From Octopus sinensis (taxonomy: Eukaryota): a stretch of 64,000 nt of DNA. The stretch covers positions 97,774,001-97,838,000 of the forward strand of contig NC_042999.1 in the NCBI RefSeq assembly GCF_006345805.1, written 5' to 3'. The position numbers and the translations under genes are program-made. The notes beneath the pieces were generated by a model that did no database searches, had not been told where the DNA came from, and worked only from the letters and a program-made list of their open reading frames with translations. Below are positions 12,471 to 25,641 of this stretch, in pieces; position 1 is the first letter of the stretch; each line of letters begins with the position of its first letter.

Positions 12471-12590
12471 CCCATACCTGGTGTTATTTAGTTCGTTTGA
12501 GAGTGGGATCAGTGCCATGCAAAAGAGTAATGGAGAGAGGGAGTCACCTTGAAAGATGCCTCGTTTGATGTTGATGTTGTTAGTTTGGTT
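12471..12590 (-). mobile_element. R4/Dong-type RT domain fragment
   Basis: NINIKRGIFQGDSLSPLLFCMALIPLSNELNNTRYG (RT QG.SLSP motif), abutting (TAA)n. Confidence 0.8.
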
Positions 12591-12769
12591 CATCCTATTA
12601 ATATAGCTACGTTCTTTGATTATCTCCCTTGAAAACACGTTCATCGTTTGCACGTAACATATGGTGGCGTTGCTGCTTCCAAAGTTCATTTTCGTTTCTC
12701 TATTACTAATTTTACTCGCGTATCTTTCTTAAAATGAGCTGCTTGGCGGAGGTCTGCGGAGGATGACAT

Positions 12770-13248
12770 GACAAGCCTTGTCTACTGAGATCGACTCAAA
12801 AAGCTCAGGCTTTGCTCCCTCCACCGCCGCTGTGAGCTTTATATCATCTGTATGATGTGGAAAATATTCCATCAACATTGCCCATCTTTAAAATTCGTCC
12901 GAGGCTTGGCCCCCGTGCCATTCGTCCATTACAGAAATGTTCGTATCGTATCACAAAACTACGACAGAACTATTTCACCTTAATTGGCCCTGCTCTCTTC
13001 ACCATCGTGCCAGACACACATAAAGGAGGAAAGTGACTTCACAGCATTCAAACGATCCGTAGATGATTACCCACAACAAATACCAGATAAATCACCCACA
13101 CCTTGATATGTCTCTGAAAACAATAACCCTCTGCTTGAATGGGCTACGGGTCCACAGAGCTGACTGTGTATTTCTTCCAGGTGATGTTATTAAATTAGGC
13201 ATGGCCTCATTCAACTTCGGCCGAAACTTATCTAAGTAATCTAATCTA
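12770..13248 (+). mobile_element. Decayed CR1-clade LINE 3' end
   Basis: LVY*DRLKKLRLCSLHRRCELYIICMMWKIF is homologous to the LSYWERLKQLRLY...YIWKIL motif of the 1-597 element; ends in TCTAAGTAATCTAATCTA. Confidence 0.7.
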
Positions 13249-14993
13249 TGCTATAACGTTTTAATCAAAGCATAACAACGTGGGTAGAGGCTGATATCTT
13301 AACATTTCTGATGGTCTTGAGTATAAAAAAAAATATTAAAGATTTATATAGAACCACATTCAGAGTATGTCTATAAGCTATTGTGTTTAGACCTGGTTTC
13401 TATCCTCAAACTGTTCCGTTTTGTAGATACATTTTTTTTTTAATAAAGCACTCCGAAATTAGGAAAAATCAAAAATCTGCAACAGTCTCGGTCCCATGAG
13501 TATAAGATAATGGATTTTCAACAGTGTAAAGAAACTGATTGTGGTGATCGTAGTTTTGACGGTGATTGTGGTGAAAGCAGAGACAGTGTCGATGATGACG
13601 ATGGTCGAGATAAGTACGGGAGGAGGATGAAATAGTATCAGTGGTTATAATGGCGACAGGAGTGGTGCGATGTGTGATGCTGAGGTGATGGTGGTAATAG
13701 TGGTGTTGATGATAGTGTTAGTTGTGTAATGGTGGTATTGTAGTGGTTATACTGGTTGTGGTGGTGAAAGTGACTGTCAAGGTAATCGTCATGATAATGT
13801 TGATGGCGGTGTATATGGTTGAAGTGGAAGCAATGACAATGCTGCCGATGATGTTGGTGGTGTTGGTGGTGGTGGTGGTGGTGGTGGTGGTCGTCGTCGT
13901 CGTCGTATTGCTGCCCCTGCTGGTTTGGCGGAGGTCTGCGCTCTCCGAGTGCTTTCCTAGTTATCATTATTATTATTGGGAAGAGCCATCACTAAAAATA
14001 AAATACTGGATTACTGAAAACACCGTTGTACATAAGTAGTAGGTATAGTTATGCATATGTTTATAACAGTGAACTAATACACATATCTGAGATGTCAGGG
14101 AGTTGTTTAATACGCATATCCGTATGCAATGAATTTTGTGATAGGTGATGATACAGTAATATCTTTCGTGGGAATACGTGGGTACACATGGTTACTTCTA
14201 GTAATGGCAGTCAATAGAAAGGAGATAATCTTCCCTTCACTACATGTGGTGGGATTAGAAATTTGAATTTGAAATTAAGGAATTACAAGAATAAAGATGC
14301 ATAATAGTAATTTTGTTCTATTGCCCAAATATAGCTAGTTCTCGGAGTAGTCGGGCGGTTAACAAAATGGAAAACAAGGCTGTGGTGGTCCGGATACCTT
14401 GGAATCCTAGAGCCGTGGAAGTCAACGATAGAACTGGGGTCGGAGGTTAAATGAATGCAATGGGAAGGTGGCTGAAGACTGTGATGGAAAGCTTGAAAGG
14501 AGAGATGAGGGACAGATGAGATTTGCATAAAGAAGCTCCCCAAAACTCCATTTACTTTGTTTGTCAGTCGTCTTATGTTAATGGTAAAGGAACAGTTGAG
14601 TAACTCTGCATTAGTTCATTATTTTTTTAGCAGAAAGTTTAAACACACATTCATATATAATTGCACACACTTACAAATACATACTAACACGTGCAAATTA
14701 TTGCATACATGTATTCTTGCTTCTTCTAATATGTTTACTTTTCTTGCCGTTCGCTGATAATCTATATCTTATCTCTTATCTCACAATCTTTTGTGCCTCA
14801 TACAACGTGAGCAATTTTTCTCGTCTCATACTTCTTCCAATTTCAAAATATTTTCCCTCTAAAATCTCATTGCTGGTATACAGTGATATATTTTGTTTTC
14901 ATCAACTGTTATTTGACACTGTCAGCATATATGCTGGTTGCAGATTTATGTTAGATATATTTATGAAATTTATCAAATATTATATATGAATAC

Positions 14994-15024
<31 letters not shown>

Positions 15025-15263
15025 TGTATGTATGTATGTATGTATGTATGTATGTATGTATGTACGTACGCACGTATGTATGAAATGTTGCATATACGTT
15101 CATGTATATGTATGTATATATGTATTTATGTAGATATGTATGTATTTCAGCAGTAACAACGCCAAGGAGGGTTTAGGCATAAACGAACTTCATTGAGTCT
15201 GTCTAGAGTTTCCTCTCTTCTATTTGAACTAATCTAAAGCTCACACTCACACGCACGCACACG

Positions 15264-15341
<78 letters not shown>

Positions 15342-15605
15342 GAATATCTATATATTTATAGGCATTGTTTCACAGTAAATCATTGAGGGTTCCTGAAGTT
15401 TCCAATACCTGCAATAGAGTTGTTACACTACAAATGTATTTTTTATGTAGTCATACCCAATACACCATACACTGCTCTCTCCCCTTCTCTCTTATTATAC
15501 ATGCATGCATACATACATACATACATACATACATACATACATACATACATACATACATACATGTATACATACATAATACCATATTATACATACATACTTA
15601 CATGC

Positions 15606-15640
<35 letters not shown>

Positions 15641-16589
15641 TGTTTCTTTATTAGCCACACAGGGCTGCACACAGATAGAACAAATTACAAGGTAGAGCTT
15701 TTCTTTTGAAGGGTTTTAAAAAAAAAAAAAAAGGAAGGGGGAGGTTTCGATCAAAAGGGATCGTAAAAGGAGAGAAAGAGGACAAAAAAAGGGGGGGGTT
15801 AAAAAAAAAAAAAAGGGGGAGAGGAAAAAAAAAATTTCAATAGGGATCGTTATCACAGAAATGTCAATATGAAGTGTAAAGGGGAGGACAGGTGAGGTTT
15901 ACCCGTGGAAAGAAAAGCCTACGGAAAAGACCCGGTAACCTCGGTCAATGAATGAAGTACATTTTATATTTCTTTTTTTTTTTTTTTTTTTTTTTTGCAA
16001 ATAAGCAACTCTCTGTTTTCGATTTCTGGGTTCATAGGACTATGCTCAAGGTGGCTTCGTCATTCATACGTGCCATTCTTGCTACATTCACCCATCTTTT
16101 TTTAAAACATTCGCTAGACAAAACTTGCCTCTCTACTCTCACTTTCCTTTTCAAGTGGTACTTGAAGAAGTTGATGAGAGATTGACCAGAGAGGAAAGTG
16201 TTTGTCTCCAATCCTTTCAGACGCGTCCACCAATACATTCTTTCGCCATAGCCACAAGGATGATGAAAATAGCTCTTCCTTCCCGTTTGAAGGAAGGAGG
16301 CGTGACAATATTGACGATAGACTCAGCTGATAAACCGACTCGTCCCACACGTGACAGCAGTTGTTCGACATAACCCACAGGTCGGAAATTGTGTGGACAC
16401 TGAACGAGTGCGTGCAGAACGGTTTCGTCGCTCTGACCGCATCTCGGGCAGGTCGGCCCCGTGTTTCTCGAGCCGTGTCTGTAGAGCTTATCCCGAACGG
16501 GTAGCGCTTCTCGGTAGCACTGCCAGGCCAGGGATCTCTGGAAGTTGTCCATGGGCCCTGGCCCGAAAGTCGTCCCGAACAGGCGGGTC

Positions 16590-16590
<1 letters not shown>
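15641..16590 (-). mobile_element. Tx1/L1-clade LINE 3' end (zf-RVT plus 3' UTR) inserted in (GATA)n
   Basis: LAWQCYREALPVRDKLYRHG...CPRCGQSDETVLHALVQCP zinc knuckle; ORF ends near 16032; about 390-nt UTR with AATAAA; GATA arrays on both sides (15607-15640 and 16591-16682). Confidence 0.9.
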
Positions 16591-16682
<92 letters not shown>

Positions 16683-17647
16683 CGAGTCCATAGTATCAAT
16701 ATAGAGTGAAACCGGAAGCGGTGGAAACATACGTAAACTTCCGGTGTTCAGTCTTGATATGTTAATCCTCAAAGTGTTTTCAAGTGATGAGAGTTGTGTT
16801 AAGCCGGTAATTCGTCATTAGAGTCAACACTGAGACATCCAGTTGCTAGCATACTCCTATACATATACACTTTAGGAGAGGTCCACATTATCGATGTAGT
16901 TGAGACTGGAAGTGGTGGGAAAATATATTAACAAACTAAGAGAGCTCAGTCTATGCATATTTTTCCTTGAAGCGGATTGATGTGGTGGAGCTAAGAAGAA
17001 TTAATCCGGTATTTCGTTCATTAGGTTCTACCTGGAGTAATAGCTTTTCTGTAGTGAAACATCGATACCGTGGAGCCATAAGATGTGGGGTTGCTGTGAA
17101 CGCCTTAAACAAATAATACGGCACTTCTTGTTAGTAGGGTAAAGTAAATTTTGTCATTTAGTAGGATAGTGTTTGGCGATATATATTAGTATTAGAGGAA
17201 TGTACTGAAGGACTAAATTAACATGAACGATTAAATAAATAGCATACATTGCTTTGAGAGCAAACGAGGCCGACATGCATTTATAATCGTTGACTATACC
17301 TATCATATTATTTGGAACAATAACGTGATCTGTTCTCAATATCGTAGTACTAAATATCACATGATGTATGAAGGGGAAATACCATCGATTAGATCGATTT
17401 TTCAACACTTGTGAAAAGAGAGTGAGAGAATTAAGCGATTAGAAAATTATAAAGTGTGATGACCCATGAAGTAATAAAAAAAATGATTGTTGGTATAAAT
17501 GTAATATTAACCCTTTATGATATTATTATTTTGATTCGGTTCATGAGTTCTAGTTAGGGAAATATATAAGGAGGTTTGGTTGGAGAGTGTACAGTAAAAA
17601 CAAGGAAGGGTAGGAGAAATCACGGAGGCAATATTACGGTGCAGATA

Positions 17648-17862
17648 AGGCGGTGAGCCGGCAGAATCGTTAGAACGCTGGACAAAATGCTTAGCGACAT
17701 TTCGTCAGTTTACTTTCTGAGTTCAAATTCTACCGAGGCCGACTTTGCTTTTCATTTTTCAGGGTCGATAAAATAAGTACCAGCAAAGCACCGGGGTCGA
17801 TATAATTGATTTATCCTCTTCCCCAAAATCACTGGCCTTGAGCGAAAATTTGAAACCAATAT
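17648..17862 (+). mobile_element. SINE family A, full-length monomer
   Basis: AAGGCGGTGAGCCGGCAGAATCGTTAG...GAGTTCAAATTC...GGGTCGATAAAATAAGTACCAG...GGCCTTG. Confidence 0.85.
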
Positions 17863-18699
17863 TACGGTGTATAAAATATACATTGTAGTCGCAGTCCACT
17901 GAATATAATTGGTTCAAATAGTCCCAGGCAGAAACACAGTCCAATGACTGTTTACAAGGCTTATTAGTAAAGTAAGAAAAGTTTTAAGTGAAAAATGGGA
18001 AGTGATTGCAAAGAAACTAGAGGAAATGGAAGAGTCAATATTGATGAAAAAGAAATATCGATGTTATGGGTGTTAGAGAGAGAATTGAAATGAGGAAAGA
18101 TTAGAAAGGAATCGAGGATGAGGAAAATAAGACGATGGATCGTGATAGTAATTAAGTCTACGAGTGGATAAATAGGTTTACATAATCAGTGTGTGAGTAG
18201 ATGTCCCAACTCCCAGTATGATTTCACTCTCTAAACTAAAAGCAAAAGATATACTGCTACTAAAAGTAAAGTTAAAACATTAAATAGAACTTTTAAAAAT
18301 ATGTCCTCAAGATATTGGAGTCTTCCAGTTCCAAGTATCTCGAAACTGTTTACCGTTCGGATGCACTCCAACACATTTGAAGAAATGGTTGCTAGAATAC
18401 ACAACTCAACATAGCCAGAAAATCTTTCACGCCTTGTATTTTTTCAATGTATCTTATTTTGATTATTGTGCGCTTTATGGTTGCTTTTTATATTTATTTC
18501 CGTGCAAAAATGTGTGCGTATACATATGTCCATATGCTTGCATCTGTATGTGCATGCGCGTGTGTGCGTGTATGTGTGTGTGTTTGTGTGCTTTTACAAT
18601 GCTTAATATATCCTTCCATATACTGTATTACATCTCTAACCCATTCCTTCTTAATTTGTAAACGATCTTGTCTCTCATTCTTGCGGAATCAAAAAAAAA

Positions 18700-18813
18700 A
18701 AAGTGTCAGTCAAGCACTGGGATCGATATAATCGACTAGCCCTCTCCTCCATAACTTCAAGCCTTCTACCTATAATAGAAAGAATTATTATTATTATTAT
18801 TATTAGTAGTAGT

Positions 18814-18862
<49 letters not shown>

Positions 18863-19341
18863 AATTTTGGGGGAGGAGACTAGTCAGTTACCTCGACCCC
18901 AGTGCTTCACTAGTACTTAATTTAACGACATCGGCGGAATTTGAACTTAGAACGTAAAGCCGGACGAAATACCCATTTCTTTATTACCCACAAGGGGCTA
19001 AACACAGAGGGGACAAACAAGGACAGACATAGGTATTAAGTCGATTACATCGACCCCAGTGCGTGCTAGCGATTCTACCAGCTTGCCGCCTTATTAATAG
19101 TAATAATAATAATCCTTTCTACTGGAGGCACAAGGTCTCAAATTTGATGGGTGGGGACAAGTCGATTATATCGACCCCAGTGTTACACTGGGTTTTGATT
19201 TATCGACTCCAAAAGGATAAAAGGCAAAGTCGACTTTGGCCTAATTTGAACTCAGAACGTAATTCGAACTCAGACGAAGTACGGCGAAGCACTTTGTCCA
19301 GCGCGCTGAAGATTCTGCCAGCTCGCCTTTATTATTATTAT

Positions 19342-19382
<41 letters not shown>

Positions 19383-19460
19383 TTATTATTATTATTATTA
19401 TTATCATTATTATTTAAGGCGGCGAGCTGGCAGAATCGTTAGCATACCGGGCAAAATATT
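18700..19460. mobile_element. Cluster of SINE family A copies in (TAA)/(TAG) arrays
   Basis: Plus-strand tail 18700-18790; minus-strand dimer 18862-19092 with Tx1-like tail; minus-strand monomer 19113-19330; plus-strand head 19416-19460. Confidence 0.82.
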
Positions 19461-19751
19461 ATTACGATTATAATTACTAGTGTTAGTATATATTTTGATT
19501 TATGAACCATTTCGTGTAAGATAGAAAACAATTAATTAAAATACAGAAAAGCAGAGAGAAGAAAACATCAAGCAAAGACAGAAAAGCAGAAATGAAAATC
19601 CATTCAAGACCCTAGAATGCTATTTCATGTATGTGGTACCCGAGGAGAAGTCTACACAAACTTACAAATATACACAGACATGTTAATATATGTGTTTTAG
19701 GCACATATTCGTATCTAGATTCGTGTCTCTTCAAACTGCACACATTAAACG

Positions 19752-19786
<35 letters not shown>

Positions 19787-19945
19787 GTGTTTCTATGTGT
19801 GCATCTATCTTTCTGTCTTCCCGCTTTGTCTCTCTTTCTCTTCCTCTTTTATCTACACATCTATCTGCCTATCTGTCTATCTATTTATCTATCCAATCTA
19901 TCTTAGTTGCTGTTTTTAAGAGTGTGCATGTGTCAAGCACTCACA

Positions 19946-20025
<80 letters not shown>

Positions 20026-21008
20026 ATACATGCATATATACGTACACACACACATGTATATATATATATATATGTGTATATATATATATAATACGCAACA
20101 ACGTGATTTTTATCTTGGATACAAAAAACATACACGGGCTCAAACGGATATCAATAGTTTTATCCTAAACATCCACACACACATATACGCATAGACGTAT
20201 ATATTCATCTACACAGACACATCCATACACATACACATATATTAAAAAAAAAAACATCAAATGCACATATACACGCACAAACACATTCTCAAATGCATAC
20301 AAGAGCATATACACAAAAGTCTTTTTACATTAGCGTATCTTTTCAATCCTAGCCCAGGTTAATGCCTATTTAAAGGCAAAAAAATAGCATTTTATTTTAG
20401 AACACGTAGAAAGACATCAGCGTATCGGTACGATTTCCATTGATTGCCAAAGAACTACTTATTTACAAAGAAACATATACACATGTGACGCACATACGTA
20501 CATGCAAAATGTACGTATCGCGGTTTCAGCAACCATATTCTCCGCGCATGAATTTATAATACATATATGCGCATGTGTGCGGGCACGTGTATGAGTACGT
20601 CTGTGCGTGTAAATATATGTATGTATATGGATATATGTATATATGTATGCTTGTGTGAAAGTATATGTACGTTTAAATGTGTAAGTGAATATAGATTTCC
20701 TAAAATTCTTCCGTATATACATATATGTCAGTGTTGCTGTAAAAAGAAAGGAGTACGCATGTGAGTGTTATTTATCTATATTTTTTGTGAATGTGTGCGA
20801 AAGAAAGAGAGAGACAGAAGGGGGAGGGCGAGAAAAGGAGAGAGAGAGATTTCAGGCGTATATATGTATTAAAATGTTTTGAATAAAGAGATGCTATAAA
20901 CGGAAAGTTGCATATATACAACTATAAATCGATACATACGTGCATGTGTATGAGTATGTATGCAATACACACCAACATTTGCGCCTATTTCCTATACAAA
21001 TATCTGTT

Positions 21009-21039
<31 letters not shown>

Positions 21040-21587
21040 GTTTTTGTGTGTGTATTATATGTATATGTATGTGCATATATATGTATACATGTATATGAGT
21101 GTGTCTGTGTGTGTGTGTGTGTGTGTGTTTATGCCTATTAACACTCACATTCATAACTTTAAAGAGAAGATAAATTATACGCACGTTAAAATGAAACGAG
21201 CAAACACACTCATACGCGCAAGCATATGCGCAAACACACAGACGCATGCACGCACACACGCATGCACATACACACATACACACATTGAATAAAGCCTACA
21301 AAACAGCCAGGAATATTTAAAAACGGAGAACCCCTTTGAAGATGCTGCTACACATGATGCTGACGTGACTGCAATAATGCTCATGCTTTATAGGAGGAAA
21401 AAATGGCTGCCATCAAATATACTCAGTCATGCGCATCACGTCACTCTGAAATCTATTTATTATTGGAAAGCTAGTGAAAGAGACGCCGTATTATAGGGGC
21501 TGAACATTGCTGACGTTATAGTTATAGTGCAGTTGTCGATAGTGGGGTTAGGCGGTGAATTATGACCTAGTTTCTGACTTTATATGT

Positions 21588-21695
21588 GTTCGCTTGACCT
21601 GTCCGAAATAGCAGCTTTTCTACTTCGAGTTTGCATCTCATTGTCTAAAAAAGAAAGAGAACATTAAATAATGTAGTCCTAGTTACAAAATGCCG

Positions 21696-21761
<66 letters not shown>

Positions 21762-22070
21762 GGTTATGAAGAGAAACTTTTGATTATGAATCTTTTCAGC
21801 CAGTGATGAGGCTAAACTAGTAAAATGAACCTTTAGTTAAAACTAAGAAAATTACGAGCCAATGTAGAAAGTCCTACACTATCGCTTGATCTGCCAGAAA
21901 TAGCAAGTAAATTTCCCTCGTAATGCATCCCACGGTGTCGGAAATAGTGTTATTGATAAACATTTTTAATCGGCGCACAACAAACATATTCTGATCATGA
22001 CGGGTAAGACTTTAATCTTATTACTGATTAATCAGGACCGAGCCCAGAATAAATAACCCCAGAAACAACA
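21588..22070 (+). repeat. Two copies of interspersed repeat family C
   Basis: CGCTTGA(C/T)CTG..GAAATAGCA motif at about 21590 and 21882. Related copies at about 49040-49215 (+), 51080-51200 (-) and 57385-57565 (-). Confidence 0.6.
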
Positions 22071-22074
22071 ACGA

Positions 22075-23030
22075 GTCTTTTTCTGACTTTGTCATATATT
22101 CTTCTTTGATGGAAACTTCTTTAATGGCTACTCTCCAACCTAACCAACTACCGCCATTTCGCACTCCTTTTCAGTATCTCTAAGCTGGTGGATAACAATC
22201 CACCCCATGGAGAATTGCTTTTCCTCCTTAACAACCGTCTGTACAGTTATCATAAAGACAGATATGGTGAAGACATATTCTACATCAATCAACACTAAGC
22301 TCTCGATCTCGAGAAATCTAGCGAAAGCAATATTAGTGCTCTCGACAGCAGCAAAGCTGTCGATCATGTCTGGTGCGCATGTCAATGAACTTCTCTGTAA
22401 CCTACAATATATCAACCCTGCAGTGCTGAGAATTGTTTTCACTTCTTACACATAACTGTTGTTCTTATCGTCAATGACATAACTCCTGTCACCTCTAACA
22501 ATGCGCAGATCATACCAACTTTCATTCCTCCCCAATCCTCCGCACTCAACCTTCATCTTTTTGCATCCGAGGCATTTCACACCAGATCTACGCTAGCAGA
22601 AAACTCACAAACTTCTAATGGTGTCAGACAAATATTCTATCCTTCAGAAGCAAAAACACTCAAACACTGCACATAAGAAAATATCATTGTCTTCATTTCA
22701 CTTGAACGTAAGCAGAGAGCAACTAGTTTTACACCAATCGCTTTTCGTCAAGCCAAGAAAATATTTCACCCCCCCCCCCACGTCTACTAACTCTCAGGTG
22801 AGGCCCAAAATGGACTACTGTTCTCACATCTGAGACAGTGTTGCTACCACGACATGTCCTTACATCCTAGGCCGCATCAAGCGACACGCTACTCAGTTGA
22901 TTCGCATTCCTACCGGTAACCGGCAGACATACTGTCTCATCAATCTGCCAATTCAACCTTTACTACGATGGCTTCTGCTCATCAAAGCTAGTTCTCGTCC
23001 TACCACCAAACAGGCACTCTAGATTCACTC
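22075..23030 (+). mobile_element. Decayed CR1/Jockey-group LINE RT
   Basis: ALDSSKAVDHVW (equivalent to ALDISKAFDRVW) near 22337 and QVRPKMDYCSHI* near 22795; many deletions. Confidence 0.75.
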
Positions 23031-23162
23031 AGTTATTATTGTTATTAAGTATTGAAAGAGTGAAAGCAGACAGATAGCCAGATAAGTCAATATACACTCT
23101 TGGTTAATCAAACTGCAGTCTTTTAATCGTTCTGTGTGTTTATGATTATACTGAAAGACAAA

Positions 23163-23207
<45 letters not shown>

Positions 23208-23789
23208 ATATATATATATTCACTAATGAAAGAATTTAAAGCACGGAAAAAAATCGATAAATAAATCAAATTTTCGCTTGTCTTCGATATTGTATGTCTG
23301 CAATACATTTTCATTAATTTATTCTTTGCAAGTAAATATGCTCACCATATCCGGCTTGTCTTTGTTATTCTAATATAGTATAAGGTAAAAAGTAAATCTT
23401 ATATGTTCACAAATAAATCCTCTATTAAAACCGTAAATAAATGTTTTAAGATGTTTTTTTTTTATTATTCTTCCCTAAAATATTCCAAAGTTGAAAGTTC
23501 TGATTCTTCTGACATCGTGGCATTCGGTATTCTAAGTTTTAAGCTTTACAATATATATATACCACGATGCAGCACGGACTTTGTCAGTGAACAGGTCGCG
23601 GATTTTAGCGACGAAAATATTTTGACGAATTAAACTTAAATGTTGAAGTGAATCGAACGGCTTTTGTGTGTTTCTTAAATGGCTTATAAACACCTTCCAC
23701 GCTGCAATTGTTTTCGTTTCAGCACACGATCTCAGATCAAATTACTTGCTATGCGAGTACATCTCCGTAATATATAATATATATATATT

Positions 23790-23823
<34 letters not shown>

Positions 23824-24060
23824 CAGGGTTGGCCAAACGTCACCTGTCAGTAAATGAAAACAATTTAATTCCAAGATGTATTTATGTTCAACAACTGAAT
23901 GAACTTAATAAAAACATCTAAATATGAATTTTCATGAAAATTGTTCAAACTGAAGTCCTTGAGCCACACATTTTTCCATTCGAGTCAATACAGAATTACA
24001 GATAGTATTTATTAAATTTTGATTTACTGTCGAGTGACTTTTAGCCAATATATATTCCTT
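23824..24060 (-). mobile_element. Tc1/mariner-superfamily 3' end remnant
   Basis: TA-CAGGGTTGGCCAAA terminus; minus-strand NLINTICNSVLTRMEKCVAQGLQFEQFS* resembles a transposase C-terminus (R...C...G..FE). Confidence 0.6.
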
Positions 24061-24363
24061 TTTTTCTTTTATTCTTTTATTTGTTTCAGTGATTTGACTG
24101 CAGCCATCCTGGAACACTGCTTTTAGTCGAGCAAATCGATCTCAGGACTTATTCTTTGTAAGCCTAGTAGTTATTCTATCTGTCTCTTACCGAACCACTA
24201 AGTTACGGGGACGCAAACGCACCAGCATCGGTTGTCAAACGATGGTGGGGGGGGGGGAACAAACACAGACACACAAACATGCACACACAGGTATACATAT
24301 ATATATACAGGTGGTGTATACAACAAACAGATGTAATAGCTTAATGCTCGGGAAGTGAAAAAG

Positions 24364-24401
24364 TCGTTGACGTTTCGAGCCTACGCTCTTCCACAGAAAG
24401 G
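24364..24401 (-). ncRNA. Minimal type I hammerhead-like motif with variant core
   Basis: CTTT-CTGTGGA-A-GAGC(GTAG)GCTC-GAAA-CG-TC-AACG; the core deviates from CUGANGA at position A6. Homologous to the 54000 motif. Confidence 0.5.
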
Positions 24402-24468
24402 AACGCAGAAAGAAACAAGGAGAGAAACTACAGTGTGTGTAGTGGTTAGCGAATATACATACATACAT

Positions 24469-24517
<49 letters not shown>

Positions 24518-24534
24518 CATATATATATATACAT

Positions 24535-24605
<71 letters not shown>

Positions 24606-24741
24606 TATATATATATACATATATATTTAAAATTAAGGATAAAATCTTTATTAGAAATTATCAGTAGTTAGCGTGAAAAACCTCGTAAGAGAAAAAATCT
24701 GTAAATTTTTCCACTTTGAAAATATTTATTTATATTATATA

Positions 24742-25194
24742 GAGGGTACTATTATTCATAGGTACCGCACACTAGGAGGGACTCTTGCAGTAAAAACTAC
24801 TAAAATAAACAAATTGTACCGAATGCAAAACTTCAAAGCAAGTCACTTAAAAACAGAATTTAGTTACATATCACCTGTGATTTCGCAATCAATGCAGAAT
24901 ATGCATTTTATGCTCTTCAGTGCAACGAACTCAAGACATGTAAGGAAAAAACACAATATAGCATACCTGACAGCCAATCGTAGAATTCGTCGTAGCATGT
25001 ACGAATGTTTATCTTTACATATCTATGAAAATGGCGGGCTTATTCGCAATGCATTTCGGTAAGGTGATATGTAACTAAATTCTGTTTTTAAATGACTTGC
25101 TTTGAAGTTTTGCATTCAGTACAATTTGTTTATTTTAGTAGTTTTGATGCAGAGTCCCTCCTAGCGTGCGGTACCTATGAATAATAGTACCCTC
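24742..25194. mobile_element. MITE with about 135-bp TIRs and GAG...CTC termini (Sola-like)
   Basis: GAGGGTACTATTATTCATAGGTACCGCAC...GTTACATATCACCT is mirrored at about 25062-25194; TATA on both sides is a candidate 4-bp TSD. Confidence 0.85.
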
Positions 25195-25218
25195 TATACA
25201 TACATATATATATATTAT

Positions 25219-25272
<54 letters not shown>

Positions 25273-25326
25273 CCTATCTATATATATATATACATATATA
25301 TACATACATACATATATATACATATA

Positions 25327-25383
<57 letters not shown>

Positions 25384-25532
25384 CCGACAGGCTCCTTTCA
25401 GTTTCCGTCTACCAAATCTACTCACAAGGCTTAGGTTAGCCCGAGGCTATAGAAGAAGACACTTGTCCAAGGTGCCACGCAGTGGGACTGAACCCTAACC
25501 ATGTGGTTGGTAAGCAACCTACTTACCAATCT

Positions 25533-25641
<109 letters not shown>

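Larger units (their letters stand above)
24066..25530 (-). mobile_element. tRNA/CORE-like SINE family B, split by nested insertions
   Basis: 3' half at 24066-24290 and 5' half at 25384-25530 match the intact copy at 48463-48865; box B GGTTCAGTCCC and CORE-like CCTTGGACAAGTGTCTTCT. Confidence 0.82.

Noticed and set aside
16900-17120. LINE AP-endonuclease relic (HRYRGAIRCGVAV)
   Set aside because: A single weak motif; insufficient to call.
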